Positions 35,520 through 47,949 of a DNA stretch of 64,000 nucleotides are shown piece by piece. Both the position numbers and the translations under genes were made by a program. The DNA is from Octopus bimaculoides (Eukaryota). The DNA lies in assembly GCF_001194135.2 (NCBI RefSeq), contig NC_068985.1:126525083-126589082 (forward strand), in the 5' to 3' direction. Below the pieces are notes generated by a model. The model ran no database searches. It was given only the letters and a program-made list of their open reading frames with translations, and was not told the DNA's origin. Within the stretch, counting starts at the first letter, position 1, and each line of letters starts with the position of its first letter.

Positions 35520-35800
35520 GCTTTCTGATTGGATATCCAAGCTTGACCAACTAAGATTATGAATATTATCCAACCATATCGTTCTTGGTCTACTCTAGGT
35601 CTCTTGCCGGTTGACTCGATTGGAAGAATCCGTTTTTCGATTCTTTCCTGCGACATTCTAATCACATGCCAATGTTACCAGAGCTGTGACTTCTCAATGA
35701 GAAGTAGCGACTCATTCTGGAATGACTCCCTGTTCGCCAACTACGCCCCTGTTCTCCAATTTACGCACCTTGTCAAGTAAACGTTACTCCAGAGATCCCA
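35520..35800 (-). mobile_element. RTE-clade LINE C-terminal fragment
   Basis: The minus strand gives ISGVTLLDKVR-like sequence, ESLLLIEKSQLW*HWHVIRMSQERIEKRIL...GKRPR and, frameshifted, RPRTIWLDNI. Confidence 0.7.
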
Positions 35801-35995
35801 GCTATACTTCCAAAAAGAACTTGTGGTGACATTTGGAAAATGTTTGATTAAAGGTCTACTTGATAAGGGCTAATCTGGGGTTAAACAACAACAATAGCAA
35901 CTGCTTACGATCATCTCACAGCTATTAACACTAAAATTCCCACAACTATCACTCACATACATACAGTCACTACTACCATATAACCATTTGCATCT

Positions 35996-36032
<37 letters not shown>

Positions 36033-36449
36033 AGTTTTAATTAATTAATCCTGCAATTCAAGCACTTAAACCTTCATTAATGTCAGTCTGTTTTAAATGT
36101 ATGTTCTCGACTTGTAAAGCTATTTCCGTGCGAAGTTACGAAGACAAAATATTGATTTAAATTGAAGCAGCATCAACGACTTTTTTTTTTCTGCGGGGAC
36201 AATGCGTATAGTTGACTGAACTAAGCATGATATATTACTGGTATGTACGTTATCGACATAGTCCACATGAAGAACAACACCAGTTCCGATAGATTTTAGA
36301 TTCATAGTGTACATCAGAAATACGATATTGGTGTACTGTCCTTTCTGCTAATTTATCCTCTCGACGCAATGACTGAGCTTATTTCTGTTTCTGGTAGGTC
36401 CACCTACCAGAAACAGAAGCCAAATCTACCCAAATTCAATTCCTTCCAG

Positions 36450-36897
36450 TTCATGCACAACGCCAACAATTTTGAGGAGAATGGCAAGTCGATTGCACCA
36501 ACCCGAGGGCTCAACTGATGCATATGTTATCGACTCCGAAAGGATGAGAGGTAAAGTCGACCATAGCGGAATTTGAACTCAGACAGTAAAGAAACGGAAG
36601 AAATAGCGCTAAGCATTTCATCCGGCCTTTTCTACAATTCTACAGACTCACCACCGTCGCCGTCATAAATAACAACGGCTTCATTGTACCATGGAGGATT
36701 CTTTTATTCTTTTACTGGTTTCAGTCATTTGACTGCGGGGCACCGCCTAATAGTCGAGCAAATCGACCCCAGCACTTATTCTTTGTAAGCCCAGTACTTA
36801 TTCTATCGGTCTCTATTGCCGAACCCGCTAAGTTACGGGGACGTAAACACACCAGCATCGGTTGTCAAGCGATGTTGGGGGACAAATACACACACAC

Positions 36898-36966
<69 letters not shown>

Positions 36967-37385
36967 AGACGAGCTTCTTTCAGTTTCCGTGCGTTGGACA
37001 AAATGCTTGGGAGCATTTCTTCTGGGTTTTTTTGTTTTTTTTTTTTGTTCTGAATTCAAAATTCACCGATGTCGAGTTTGCATTTCATCCTTTGCAGGGT
37101 CAATAAAATAAATACCAGTTGAGTAATGGGGATCGATGTAATCCATTAATCTCTCCCCTCAAAATTTCTAGCCTTGAACCAAATTTAGAAATAAGTTGTT
37201 ATTATTATTATTATTATTAGCACGCTGGACGAAACTCTGAGCGGTATTTCGCCAGTCGCTCCGGAGTTCAAATTCCGCCGAGGTCGACTTTGCCTTTCAT
37301 ATTTTCGAGGTCAATTAAATAAGTACCAGTTACGCACTGAGGTCGATGTAATCGGTGCTTCCAATAGAAAGGATTGTTATTAATA
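36450..37385. mobile_element. Mixed SINE cluster: B (-) 36450-36660, A (-) 36705-36990 fused to B (+) 36990-37195, B (+) 37218-37385
   Basis: Family motifs as above. The A copy switches directly into B sequence after tttcagtttccgt. Confidence 0.75.
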
Positions 37386-37509
37386 TTATTATAATAATAA
37401 TAATTATTATTATTATTATTATTATTATCATTATTATTATTATCTGCATGCTTGTTGCAATAACTTGCCGAGTTACACTCAGTGTCCTAGGGCGAGTGAA
37501 GGATAAGCG

Positions 37510-37557
<48 letters not shown>

Positions 37558-38368
37558 NNNNNNNNNNTTATCATCATCCTCCTCCTCCTCCTCCTCATCA
37601 TCATCATCATCATCATTTTTTAAATTCTTATTTGCAGATGATTTTTTGTCCTTTCATTTCGAAAACTGATAGAAAATGTGAAGTGAATTATCGGAATAAT
37701 TCTCTAATCAGTTCGATTGGCTTTACCACTCATCTCCATACTGGGTCAATAAAATCAATAACATAAACACCAGAGACCAATATTTACACTTGCCATTCAA
37801 GTAGTAGTAGTAGTAGTTTGTTTTTGTGGGGTTTTTTTTTTCGTCTATTCATTTTATTGATTCGTCTAAAGTTGATGTATCAGTCGAATTACTGAAAATG
37901 TTGTTTGACTTTTTCATATCATACGTTGACCTACAATTACAATACAAGCGATGACTACTCAGAGGAACATTATAGAGAAACCTATGAAAGGTTTGCTTTT
38001 AAAAAAACAAAATGCAACAGATATCAATATGGAGGATTCTAAAAACATTATTTCTTTTTTATTAATGTTATTATTATTTGTTACTTTTATACTCTAATAA
38101 ACAATTAAACGGCTTGGGAGCTCTAAATATTCTTTTAAAAGAAACATGATAGAGATACAATGGCTTCTCACAAGGTGGTTGTCAAGTAAAAATAAACACA
38201 ACAACACGACAGATGTCATCCAATTCATTTCGTTTGCTCGATTTTTATGACGTTTGCTCGATTTTTATATATAGTATCGTCCAGAAGTTTCTACATACAC
38301 ACTCACATACATACGCACACAGACACACGCATATATATATCATATGTATGTGTGTGTGTGCGAGTGTG

Positions 38369-38411
<43 letters not shown>

Positions 38412-38941
38412 ATATGTATACCTTATATATATATATATNNNNNNNNNNNNNNNNNNNNNNNNNNNNNNNNNNNNNNNNNNNNNNNNNNNNNNNNNNNNNN
38501 NNNNNNNNNNNNNNNNNNNNNNNNNNNNNNNNNNNNNNNNNNNNNNNNNNNNNNNNNNNNNNNNNNNNNNNNNNNNNNNNNNNNNNNNNNNNNNNNNNNN
38601 NNNNNNNNNNNNNNNNNNNNNNNNNNNNNNNNNNNNNNNNNNNNNNNNNNNNNNNNNNNNNNNNNNNNNNNNNNNNNNNNNNNNNNNNNNNNNNNNNNNN
38701 NNNNNNNNNNNNNNNNNNNNNNNNNNNNNNNNNNNNNNNNNNNNNNNNNNNNNNNNNNNNNNNNNNNNNNNNNNNNNNNNNNNNNNNNNNNNNNNNNNNN
38801 NNNNNNNNNNNNNNNNNNNNNNNNNNNNNNNNNNNNNNNNNNNNNNNNNNNNNNNNNNNNNNNNNNNNNNNNNNNNNNNNNNNNNNNNNNNNNNNNNNNN
38901 NNNNNNNNNNNNNNNNNNNNNNNNNNNNNNNNNNNNNNNNN

Positions 38942-38978
<37 letters not shown>

Positions 38979-38984
38979 CTGCAT

Positions 38985-39265
38985 GCTAGTGAAGCCGCAT
39001 GGCCTAGTGGTTAGGCTGTTGCACTCATGATCTAGCGATCGTGAGTTCGATTCCGATTCCCAGTCTGAACGACGCGTTGTGTTCTTGAGCAAAACACTTC
39101 ATTTCACGTTGCCCCAGTCCCCCTTTCGAACAGGGGGAAATGTTAGCCTGCTCGCCTAGCAAACGAGGTGGCATCATTCGAAAGCTAAAATAATGCAAAT
39201 CCCATTGTGATCAGCAATGTGTAACATCTGATAGTCTGGTCGACCACGTGATCACGTGGTCACGG
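38985..39265 (+). mobile_element. SINE family C, near full length
   Basis: A box tggcctagtggtt, B box gagttcgattcc, central gttcttgagcaaaacacttcatttcacgttg, tail with cacgtgat repeats. Confidence 0.8.
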
Positions 39266-39273
39266 GATGATAA

Positions 39274-39899
39274 ATTTTAGATAAAGCAATAGCTTTATAA
39301 GGTCTTCCTGAGTTACCTCTCTTAGGTACTTTCTATTGATAACAGCTAAGGAGCTAGAAACATTGATGCTTGGGAATCCTGATAGATGGCGACACTGGAC
39401 AAATATGGTGTTTTTAGACCTTCTTACCATAAGAGAAAATGTTGTCCACGGTAATTGCAGTGTTTTGCCTTTTAGCAGTTGAAATATGTCACAAACATCT
39501 TTTAATTAACCTAAACATTGCTTATTCCTAAACACTGCTTGGCGCTAATATTTCGATAATTTCCACGACCTGGCGGTCTACTGGCGCAAATCAGTCACTG
39601 TTGTTGACTGTATTTTAGATAAAGCTATAGCTTTATAAGGTCTGATCAGAGTTACCTCTCTTAGGCATTTTCCATTGATAACAGCCAAGGAGCTAGAAAC
39701 ATCGATGTCTTGGAATACTGATAAATGGTGATACTTGACAGGTATGTGTTTTAAAACTTTTTCACCATAAGAGATTATTTTCTCCGCGGTAACTACATTA
39801 ACTTTGCCATTTAGCAGTTGAAATGTGTCACAAACATATTTTAAATAACCTAAACTTTACTTATGTTTAAACACTGCTTGGCGCTAATATTTCGGTAAT
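39274..39899. repeat. Diverged tandem duplication, period 338 bp (39274-39560 and 39612-39899)
   Basis: Co-linear throughout, e.g. attttagataaagc, gagttacctctcttagg, aaggagctagaaacat, tttagcagttgaaat, aaacactgcttggcgctaatatttcg. Confidence 0.9.
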
Positions 39900-39920
39900 A
39901 TATAAATATATATATATATA

Positions 39921-39989
39921 TTGATTGATTGAGTGAGTGAGTGAGTGAGTGAGTGAGTGAGTGAGTGAGTGAGTGAGTGAGTGAGTGAG

Positions 39990-40054
<65 letters not shown>

Positions 40055-40055
40055 A

Positions 40056-40110
<55 letters not shown>
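39921..40110. repeat. Compound (TTGA)/(GAGT)/(GATT) tetranucleotide repeat
   Basis: Direct reading. Confidence 0.95.
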
Positions 40111-40111
<1 letters not shown>

Positions 40112-40672
40112 CGAGGATGATTATAATTCGGGATATCGCCTCATTGGCACGTGTGCAGGATCCAGGCTAGCGTAGTATTCCAAAAATAAACGGAGGTCCG
40201 TAAGACTTTGATTATTAAAGGGAACACTACAGAATTCCAAAGTAAGATCCAGTCGGCTCAATATAAGCCACACAGAGTGACTAATTAAAGAAATAATTTA
40301 AATGAAGAAAAAAGTCAAATTAGCATTACAGTTGCTTCTTGTTTCCGTAAACGGACGATACCGTTTATTCTATATCACATACAATCTTATGTAATAGGTG
40401 CCATAACATATGGAAATATGTAATAATATTTCTATAGTCCATTTGCTTTCTCAAATGTCTTGGAGGTACGTTTGCGAAGGGACTATAAAATTATTATTAC
40501 ATATTTCCATATATTATGCCATGTATTACATAACATTGTATGAATTGCATAACGTTGTATGAGATATGGAATAAATGATATTGTCTGTTTAGGGAAACAA
40601 TTGTAATGTCAATTTGACTTCTTTTTTCCTCATTTAAATGATATATATACATACATACATACATACATACAT

Positions 40673-40716
<44 letters not shown>

Positions 40717-40718
<2 letters not shown>

Positions 40719-41125
40719 TCTTTTACTCTTTTACTTGTTTCAGTCTTTTAACTGCGGCCATGCTGGAGCACCGCCTTTAGTCGAGCAAATCGACCCCAGG
40801 GCTTATTCTTTAGAAGCCTAGTACTTATTCTATCGGTCTCTTTTGCCGAACCGCTAAGTTACGGGGACATAAACACACCAGCATCGGTTGTCAAGCGATG
40901 TTGTGGGGACAAACACAGACACACAAACACACATACATACATATATATATATACATATATACGACGGGCTTCTTTCAGTTTCCGTCTACCAAATCCACTC
41001 ACAAGGCTTTGGTCGGCCCGAGGCTATAGTAGAAGACACTTGCCCAAGATGCCACGCAGTGGGACTGAACCCGGGACCATGTGGTTGGTAAGCAAGCTAC
41101 TTACCACACAGTCACTCCTACGCCT
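40717..41125 (-). mobile_element. SINE family A, full-length reference copy
   Basis: Head ggcgtaggagtgactgtgtggtaagtagc, B-box-like gggttcagtccc, internal (TA)/(TG) tract, 3' ggcggtgctccagcatggccgcag...gactgaaacaagtaaaagagtaaaagagta. Confidence 0.9.
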
Positions 41126-42502
41126 GAAGACCGTGCTTAGATTCGCTTGTCCCACGTTCCTACAAATACTGTCTATTGTCTTCCCTCCAGGGCCACTTTC
41201 AATAGCAGTTATAACATCATAGAGTAAGAACAGAGGACTTTTTATGCAAGACTATAAGACTATGAAAAAGATATTTTAAATGAGTAGTGGTAGCTATCCT
41301 AGGTAGGGAGAAGATAGACAACATAAACATGAAATTGATCTCGGCCAGAATTTTTGATCATAAGTTTTTTTGGAGTTTTTTTGCCGTTTCAACTGAATTA
41401 CCAGCTCATCACTCCATTAATACATGTACATTTTATGTTATGCTCAAGCATAATCATTGTAACATAGTTTGTGGCAAGACCTGGATTTTTAATTACAAGT
41501 ACAATCTACCCAACGGCTTTCATGCAGTTTCTGTCTGTCTAATTTAACTCACAAGGCTTGGGTTAATCCGAGGCTACGGTAAAAGACACTTGCCCAAGAT
41601 ACTGCGCAGTGCAATCGAACCCGAGACCTTGTGATTGCGAGGTTACACGGCGTCTACTAAATGGGACATAGATATTGGCTAACGAGACAAATATAGACAT
41701 ATAATGATCTGAGCCAAAGAAAAAGAGCCTATATATGCTCATTTGACCTGTTATGTAAAAAAAATTAAGGCTTTTATCATAGATCTACTCAAGTTAGAAA
41801 GAAGAAACGAAACCTCTTAGATTATATTCCTATGATCTCAAAAACAAATAAGAATACACTAGATTATGCAACCGTTGATAAGATTTCCTTCAAAAAAGGA
41901 CAGGATGGACATGGTTGGAACGCCTTTCACAACTGACGAGGTTTTGTTGCTTTGCCTCAGCTTATCCCTTCTCGCAGACACCTACTGACTAAGCACTCAA
42001 TTTGTGGCCAACTTGTCTCTTTCCGGTGTGCAAGAAACGCAGGATTACATTATCCAGTATGTCATTTATAAGGCGTTTGGGTGTGGTTGAAAGAAATTTG
42101 ACTGCTACTTCGAGCATGTCAAGTGCACCTTGATACTTTTCTGATCAATGGTGACCTGGAGCTAAACAATATCAACAAGAACACTAGCTATAATTCTTAG
42201 AGATTGAGACAGATATAGATTGACGCATAAGATGTTACTATATATAATATTGATTTCCAGATTAAGTACAAAGCCATAGCATTTGAAGAGAGAAGACCAA
42301 TCGATTATATCGACCGCAGTAATTCACTGATATGTATATTACCGATCACGGAAGGATAAAAGGAGAAGTCGCTCTCGTTGGAGATTGAACTGAGAACCTA
42401 AAGAAGTCATTTTATCCGACATCCCACTGGTTGTGTTCATCCGCTGTCATTAATATATGAAAGAGCAAAACAAGATATTGTTATTACTAATAGATATTAC
42501 TG

Positions 42503-42544
<42 letters not shown>

Positions 42545-42997
42545 GTACGTGTGTATGTATATACGCAAAAAAAAATAAAATCTGGGAAATATTCCGTGCA
42601 CGTATTTTAATGGTGAGGAGTACATAAAATGGATAGCAAAACTGTGACTAATTCTAAAAACGATATTTATAACTGCAAAATCGATAAACGATCGTTTGAT
42701 TGCTTAACATCTTGAAAAAGAAAAAATGTAAAATTCAGTCAAAGCTAATCCTTACTCTCTATCAGGCGACACGTTGGATCTTGTCACGTGTGTGATTCGN
42801 NNNNNNNNNNNNNNNNNNNNNNNNNNNNNNNNNNNNNNNNNNNNNNNNNNNNNNNNNNNNNNNNNNNNNNNNNNNNNNNNNNNNNNNNNNNNNNNNNNNN
42901 NNNNNNNNNNNNNNNNNNNNNNNNNNNNNNNNNNNNNNNNNNNNNNNNNNNNNNNNNNNNNNNNNNNNATATATATATATATATAAATATATTCCTA

Positions 42998-44315
42998 TAC
43001 TCTTTTACATGTTTCAGTCCAAAGGTTGTAGCCATGCTGGAGCACCGCTAGTAAAATCACCCATTCAACGGCCAATTTTATGACTGGCTTTTGGTAAAAG
43101 AGGAAGTTCGACACTGTTGTCCTCTTTTGGGTCTCCTGCCTTGATATTGGTTCATCTGAGACCTTGGATAACAAGAGGTAAAGTTGTTTCATGAAAACAT
43201 CTACCCACCCCCATACTCCATGAAGATCCATCAACTGTTTTGACAACTGTGGACCTTTGAATCCCAAGCAACTGCAGTACATGGTCCTCACTCTAGACGC
43301 AATAATTGGGACGTTTAGAACAGTACAGTGACGTCCAGTTTGGGGGCTGGTATAGCTCTCGATACCAAAGTTTGGCGCCAGCCCCTCCAGGATCTTCCAT
43401 ACATATAACACTGCATATCTCTCCTGTCTTCGCTCCAAAGATTTGAGTCGTAGCTCTTTCAGTCTCCCCTGGTAGATTAGTTGCTCCATTAATGCAATCC
43501 TCCTGGTGTAACACCGCTGTACTGTCTCAAGTTCTGCTATTAATTTGACACTGAAGGATGACCAAAGTTGAGAGCAGTAGTCCAGACGGTTGAGTACAAA
43601 TGTCCTCCATAGAACCAACATAGTTTCTTGGTCCCTTGTTCTGAAGGTTCTCAGAATCCATCCGGCCATTCGCCTGCTCGCTGCCACCATTTTGGTGATA
43701 TGCATGTGGTATGAGGCATCGTTGCTCATATCAATGCTCAGATCATGCACTGTGCGTGACTGGGATTGACGTTCCATTTGGTCCAAAGTATCGTTGTCGC
43801 CGCTTATCAAAACCAATTAGCTGGAGCGGAAGGCTTGGAATTTAGCAGCATTAAATTGCATATTGTTTTCTTTAGCCCATTTATATATGGCATCTAGGTC
43901 TTTCTGAAAAAGATTAGCATCATAAGGTTCCTTGACTGCTTGTACTACTTTTGTGTCGTCAGCGTAGCTATGAAGTATGGCCGTCTGTGTAACTGATGGA
44001 GCTACCATGAACAGCAGCGGCCCTAATACAGTTCCCTGAGGTACTCCACTCTCTATTAAAGTCTCTATTGAAAGGGCCCCATTGACCGCCACAGGCTGGC
44101 CTTTGTCTTTTAAGAAGTCATACGACCACTCACCCAGTTTCCCGGCTATGCTGAGTCTCCATAGCTTGTGACATATCATCCCATGATCAACCTCATCAAA
44201 GGCCTTTGCAAAATCCAGTTATATCACATCCACATTTGAGCGACTCATTGTTTCAACACCCAGTCATAATGCTGCAAAAGCTGGGTAAGGCAGCTTCTCC
44301 CTGAACAGAAGCTAT
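42998..44315 (-). mobile_element. CR1-clade LINE, 3' half of RT to the terminus (5'-truncated pseudogene)
   Basis: DFAKAFDEVDHG, SGVPQGTVLGPLLF, SYADDTKV, QKDLDAIYKWA..NNMQFNAAKF, WILRTFRTR, RLDYCSQLWS and LKSLERRQERY; one in-frame stop at 43817-43819. Confidence 0.93.
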
Positions 44316-44355
44316 GCTGTATGTATGTATGTATGTATGTATGTATGTATGTATG

Positions 44356-44525
44356 TTAGCGGCATTTTGTCCGTCTTCACGTCCCGAGTTCAAATTCCGC
44401 TGAGGTTGACTTTGCCTTTCACCCTTTCGGAGTCGATAAAATAAGTGTCAGCAGAACGTTGGGGTCGAAGCAATCGACTTAGCCCCTTCCCCGAAATTGC
44501 TGGCCTTGTGCCAATATTTGAAATC
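44356..44525 (+). mobile_element. SINE family B
   Basis: ttagcggcattttgtcc...gagttcaaattccgctgaggttgactttgcctttcaccctttcggagtcgataaaataag. Confidence 0.85.
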
Positions 44526-45747
44526 AGTATATGTGTAAGCGAGTTGTCCATAATTGTCTATCACTACAAGACTTAAAACATTTATAAGTTCTTTCTTCTA
44601 TGTATCACATGAATGTGTAACAAAGATCGAAATCGGCAAAACAACAAAAAAATTATGTTCAATGATTTTGCCGTTGTTGCTGTTTTCTTATTATTATCGA
44701 ACGTTCTAGTGACCTACTTGGATATCTATGTTGCCTGAGTGATAGAGATTAACAAATAAGATTGATTAATGTAACAGCAAAAAATAATAATGATTTCCTA
44801 TACAGGTCCTAATCAACACAAAACGAATATGTGGGTATACATGTATATACTCATACATACATACATACATACATACATACATACATACATACATACTTAG
44901 AGCGCTGAAAACCGGAATAAATATCGCAACGCTTTTTATCCGACACTCTAACGACGCTAACTGAGTGTCGGTTTTATATATATATATATATATATATATN
45001 NNNNNNNNNNNNNNNNNNNNNNNNNNNNNNNNNNNNNNNNNNNNNNNNNNNNNNNNNNNNNNNNNNNNNNNNNNNNNNNNNNNNNNNNNNNNNNNNNNNN
45101 NNNNNNNNNNNNNNNNNNNNNNNNNNNNNNNNNNNNNNNNNNNNNNNNNNNNNNNNNNNNNNNNNNNNNNNNNNNNNNNNNNNNNNNNNNNNNNNNNNNN
45201 NNNNNNNNNNNNNNNNNNNNNNNNNNNNNNNNNNNNNNNNNNNNNNNNNNNNNNNNNNNNNNNNNNNNNNNNNNNNNNNNNNNNNNNNNNNNNNNNNNNN
45301 NNNNNNNNNNNNNNNNNNNNNNNNNNNNNNNNNNNNNNNNNNNNNNNNNNNNNNNNNNNNNNNNNNNNNNNNNNNNNNNNNNNNNNNNNNNNNNNNNNNN
45401 NNNNNNNNNNNNNNNNNNNNNNNNNNNNNNNNNNNNNNNNNNNNNNNNNNNNNNNNNNNNNNNNNNNNNNNNNNNNNNNNNNNNNNNNNNNNNNNNNNNN
45501 NNNNNNNNNNNNNNNNNNNNNNNNNNNNNNNNNNNNNNNNNNNNNNNNNNNNNNNNNNNNNNNNNNNNNNNNNNNNNNNNNNNNNNNNNNNNNNNNNNNN
45601 NNNNNNNNNNNNNNNNNNNNNNNNNNNNNNNNNNNNNNNNNNNNNNNNNNNNNNNNNNNNNNNNNNNNNNNNNNNNNNNNNNNNNNNNNNNNNNNNNNNN
45701 NNNNNNNNNNNNNNNNNNNNNNNNNNNNNNNNNNNNNNNNNNNNNNN

Positions 45748-46100
45748 GTGGTGGAGCATCATAGCCATGTATTGAGAGGAGTTCTTTGGGGTTTGAATAA
45801 TTCACCTTTGGAAACATGGGGGTTTTCCTCAACATCCTTAAACAAACCTTATTCAGGGACCTTTTGAGCGGGATGGGCTACTCGACCTGAAGAAAATTCT
45901 AACTGGGCCCCACCTGCGAGGTCATGCGCTGTTTATCTTGATATGAGATCACCTTGTCGCGCACATATGGTTGTGATGCATGTGCCTGGTGTACCCTTAT
46001 CAGACGGGTAGTCATGATGGGTATAATGGGCTTCGTATATTTTACCCCAGTGTCACTTTGATGGCATGCACTGCTCTCTCACTCAATAATAATAATGATA
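45748..46100 (+). mobile_element. Repeat family D, 3' part with (AAT)n tail
   Basis: Aligns to 4445-4770 and has the same terminus. Confidence 0.75.
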
Positions 46101-46119
46101 ATAACATCAGCAAAAAATA

Positions 46120-46295
46120 CCTTAGGAATGAGAACCCAGGGTCGGGTTCAAAATCCTCCCAGGACACCTGATGAAGGCTGGAGAGTAAATCAGCCGAAGC
46201 GTTGTGGTAACAACAAACAAGATGACGACACATATCCGTCCAATGTAAATAATGTGAATAATGTACAGAATTCCTCATCTCTAAAATATAGAACA
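46120..46295 (+). mobile_element. Solitary Penelope-like terminal repeat (copy 3) with hammerhead motif at 46163-46208
   Basis: GACAC CUGAUGA A GGCUG GAGAGUAAAU CAGCC GAAGC GUU GUGGU. The flanks align to 27360-27540. Confidence 0.85.
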
Positions 46296-46305
46296 GTATA
46301 TATCT

Positions 46306-46409
<104 letters not shown>

Positions 46410-46729
46410 CAGACAGACAACAGCGCTACGGCGGTGCTCTAACATGGCATTATTCGTGTTAAAATAAACTAAAGAACAAAAATGCAGTTCCTAATCTTCT
46501 GCAGATATTTAAATACTAGGACTTTGTTCTACTGTTTCTGAAACTCAAGACAAAATTCTGTCTGTGCCAACATTTATTTGTTGTTGCTGTTGCTATTGTT
46601 ATTGTAGTAGTAGTAGTTGTTATTGCTGTTGTTGTTGCTGCTGATGTTGCTTATTAACCCCAAATTAACTCTGATTAAGCGAATTTATGATCAAATGCAT
46701 TTCAACCATAAATTATTGCCTTATATATA

Positions 46730-46946
46730 CGTGGGGATGTTAAAATGTTCTTGGCTTTGGTTAAAAGAAAATACAGGGGGATTAGTTAAATATGATTTTA
46801 TTAAACATATTCCTTTCTCAGATCCACACACTTATTGCAGAGGCCCTTCAATTTTTCTAATCCTTGTAAAAGAATTCAAAAGGTTGGGTTCCCAACCAGG
46901 CCTTTTGCAACTCCCTTAAAGCCAGTAACTTTTCAGCACCCCCTCA
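46730..46946. mobile_element. Mariner-type MITE, same family as 58396-58593 in opposite orientation
   Basis: TA-c(g)tggggatgttaaaatgttcttggcttt ... aaagccagtaacttttcagcaccccctca. The interior aligns to the reverse of 58396-58593. Confidence 0.75.
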
Positions 46947-47582
46947 TCATAGATCCTACAATGACCAATATTTCTTCTTTTGTATTAAGGTAATGGAGTT
47001 TGATTTGAGAGATATTTGGCTGTTATTTCTCGGAAGTCGACATTTACTCATGGTTCGGCGAAGTAAAACCGTATAGTTGCTTGGCGAACTTCTTAACGAC
47101 GCATCCCAGCTTCCATATGAAGATTGCGTCAGGCGATTGAATCAACAGAAAGGTCATAGTAACGTCGCGAAAAGTAAGAATTAGTCATGTAATGCGAGGG
47201 TTCGTTCGGTTGCTTATGGCTGACTTCCTCGGACTACAGATTAATTACCATTATAAGGAATCGGTTCGTTTGGACGGTGAGATGGTAGAAACATTTGAAA
47301 ATCTGTTTAATTACTTTGCAGCAATAAGTTGATATTCTACCTTCTGAGTTCAAATCCTGCCGAAGGTCATTTTTGCTTGTCTTCTCATCAGAAAGATAGC
47401 GTTACAGCGAAAGATCCACTGAGAGGTAGGGTGAAGAGTCCATTAAATAGACTCTGCGGCCAATCTCTATAACAAGGTGTGTAACAGTATATGTCCAGTC
47501 TGTATAACTATTTGTGAGCTTGTCATCAAACTGAAAATTAATATAAAGATTGTTATAGATCGAACAGACCTATGCTCTAGGG

Positions 47583-47726
47583 CATCCGTGGGCAACTTTC
47601 TTTAAAAGCGAGCCGCATGAGACATAATTCATCATTAGAAAGGCTGTACTGCTAAAAAAATTTCAAGGTAATTTTTGTTAGACATACTATTCAGAAAGTC
47701 CCGCGGGCCCGAGTTTCGCATGACTG
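47583..47726. mobile_element. Probable decayed hAT MITE, 144 bp
   Basis: Ends catccgtgggcaac / reverse cagtcatgcgaaac with an internal gggcccgcggg. Candidate 8-bp TSD ctctaggg / gtccaggg (6/8 match). Confidence 0.5.
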
Positions 47727-47949
47727 GTCCAGGGTGTTCAATCCAAGATCAATACATCTTATTTTCTTATTTTCTTCCACTTGAGTAGATTCAATAAAAT
47801 TCTAACTCTCTTCCATATATGTAACCTTGTATTCATCTAAGAAATCAACGTTTATATTATCCAGCGTGCGCTTCCCTTTACAAGAGGATTGGTTATGAGT
47901 CGAAAGCATTTGGCTACTATTTCTGGCAAGTCGAATATCAGGTAGAGAC

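Noticed and set aside
38231-38268. 18-bp direct repeat cgtttgctcgatttttat with period 20
   Set aside because: Only two copies and no spacer array; a simple local duplication, not CRISPR-like.
38985-39065. tRNA gene (A and B boxes; likewise at other SINE heads)
   Set aside because: No complete cloverleaf, and the head continues into multi-copy SINE body sequence.
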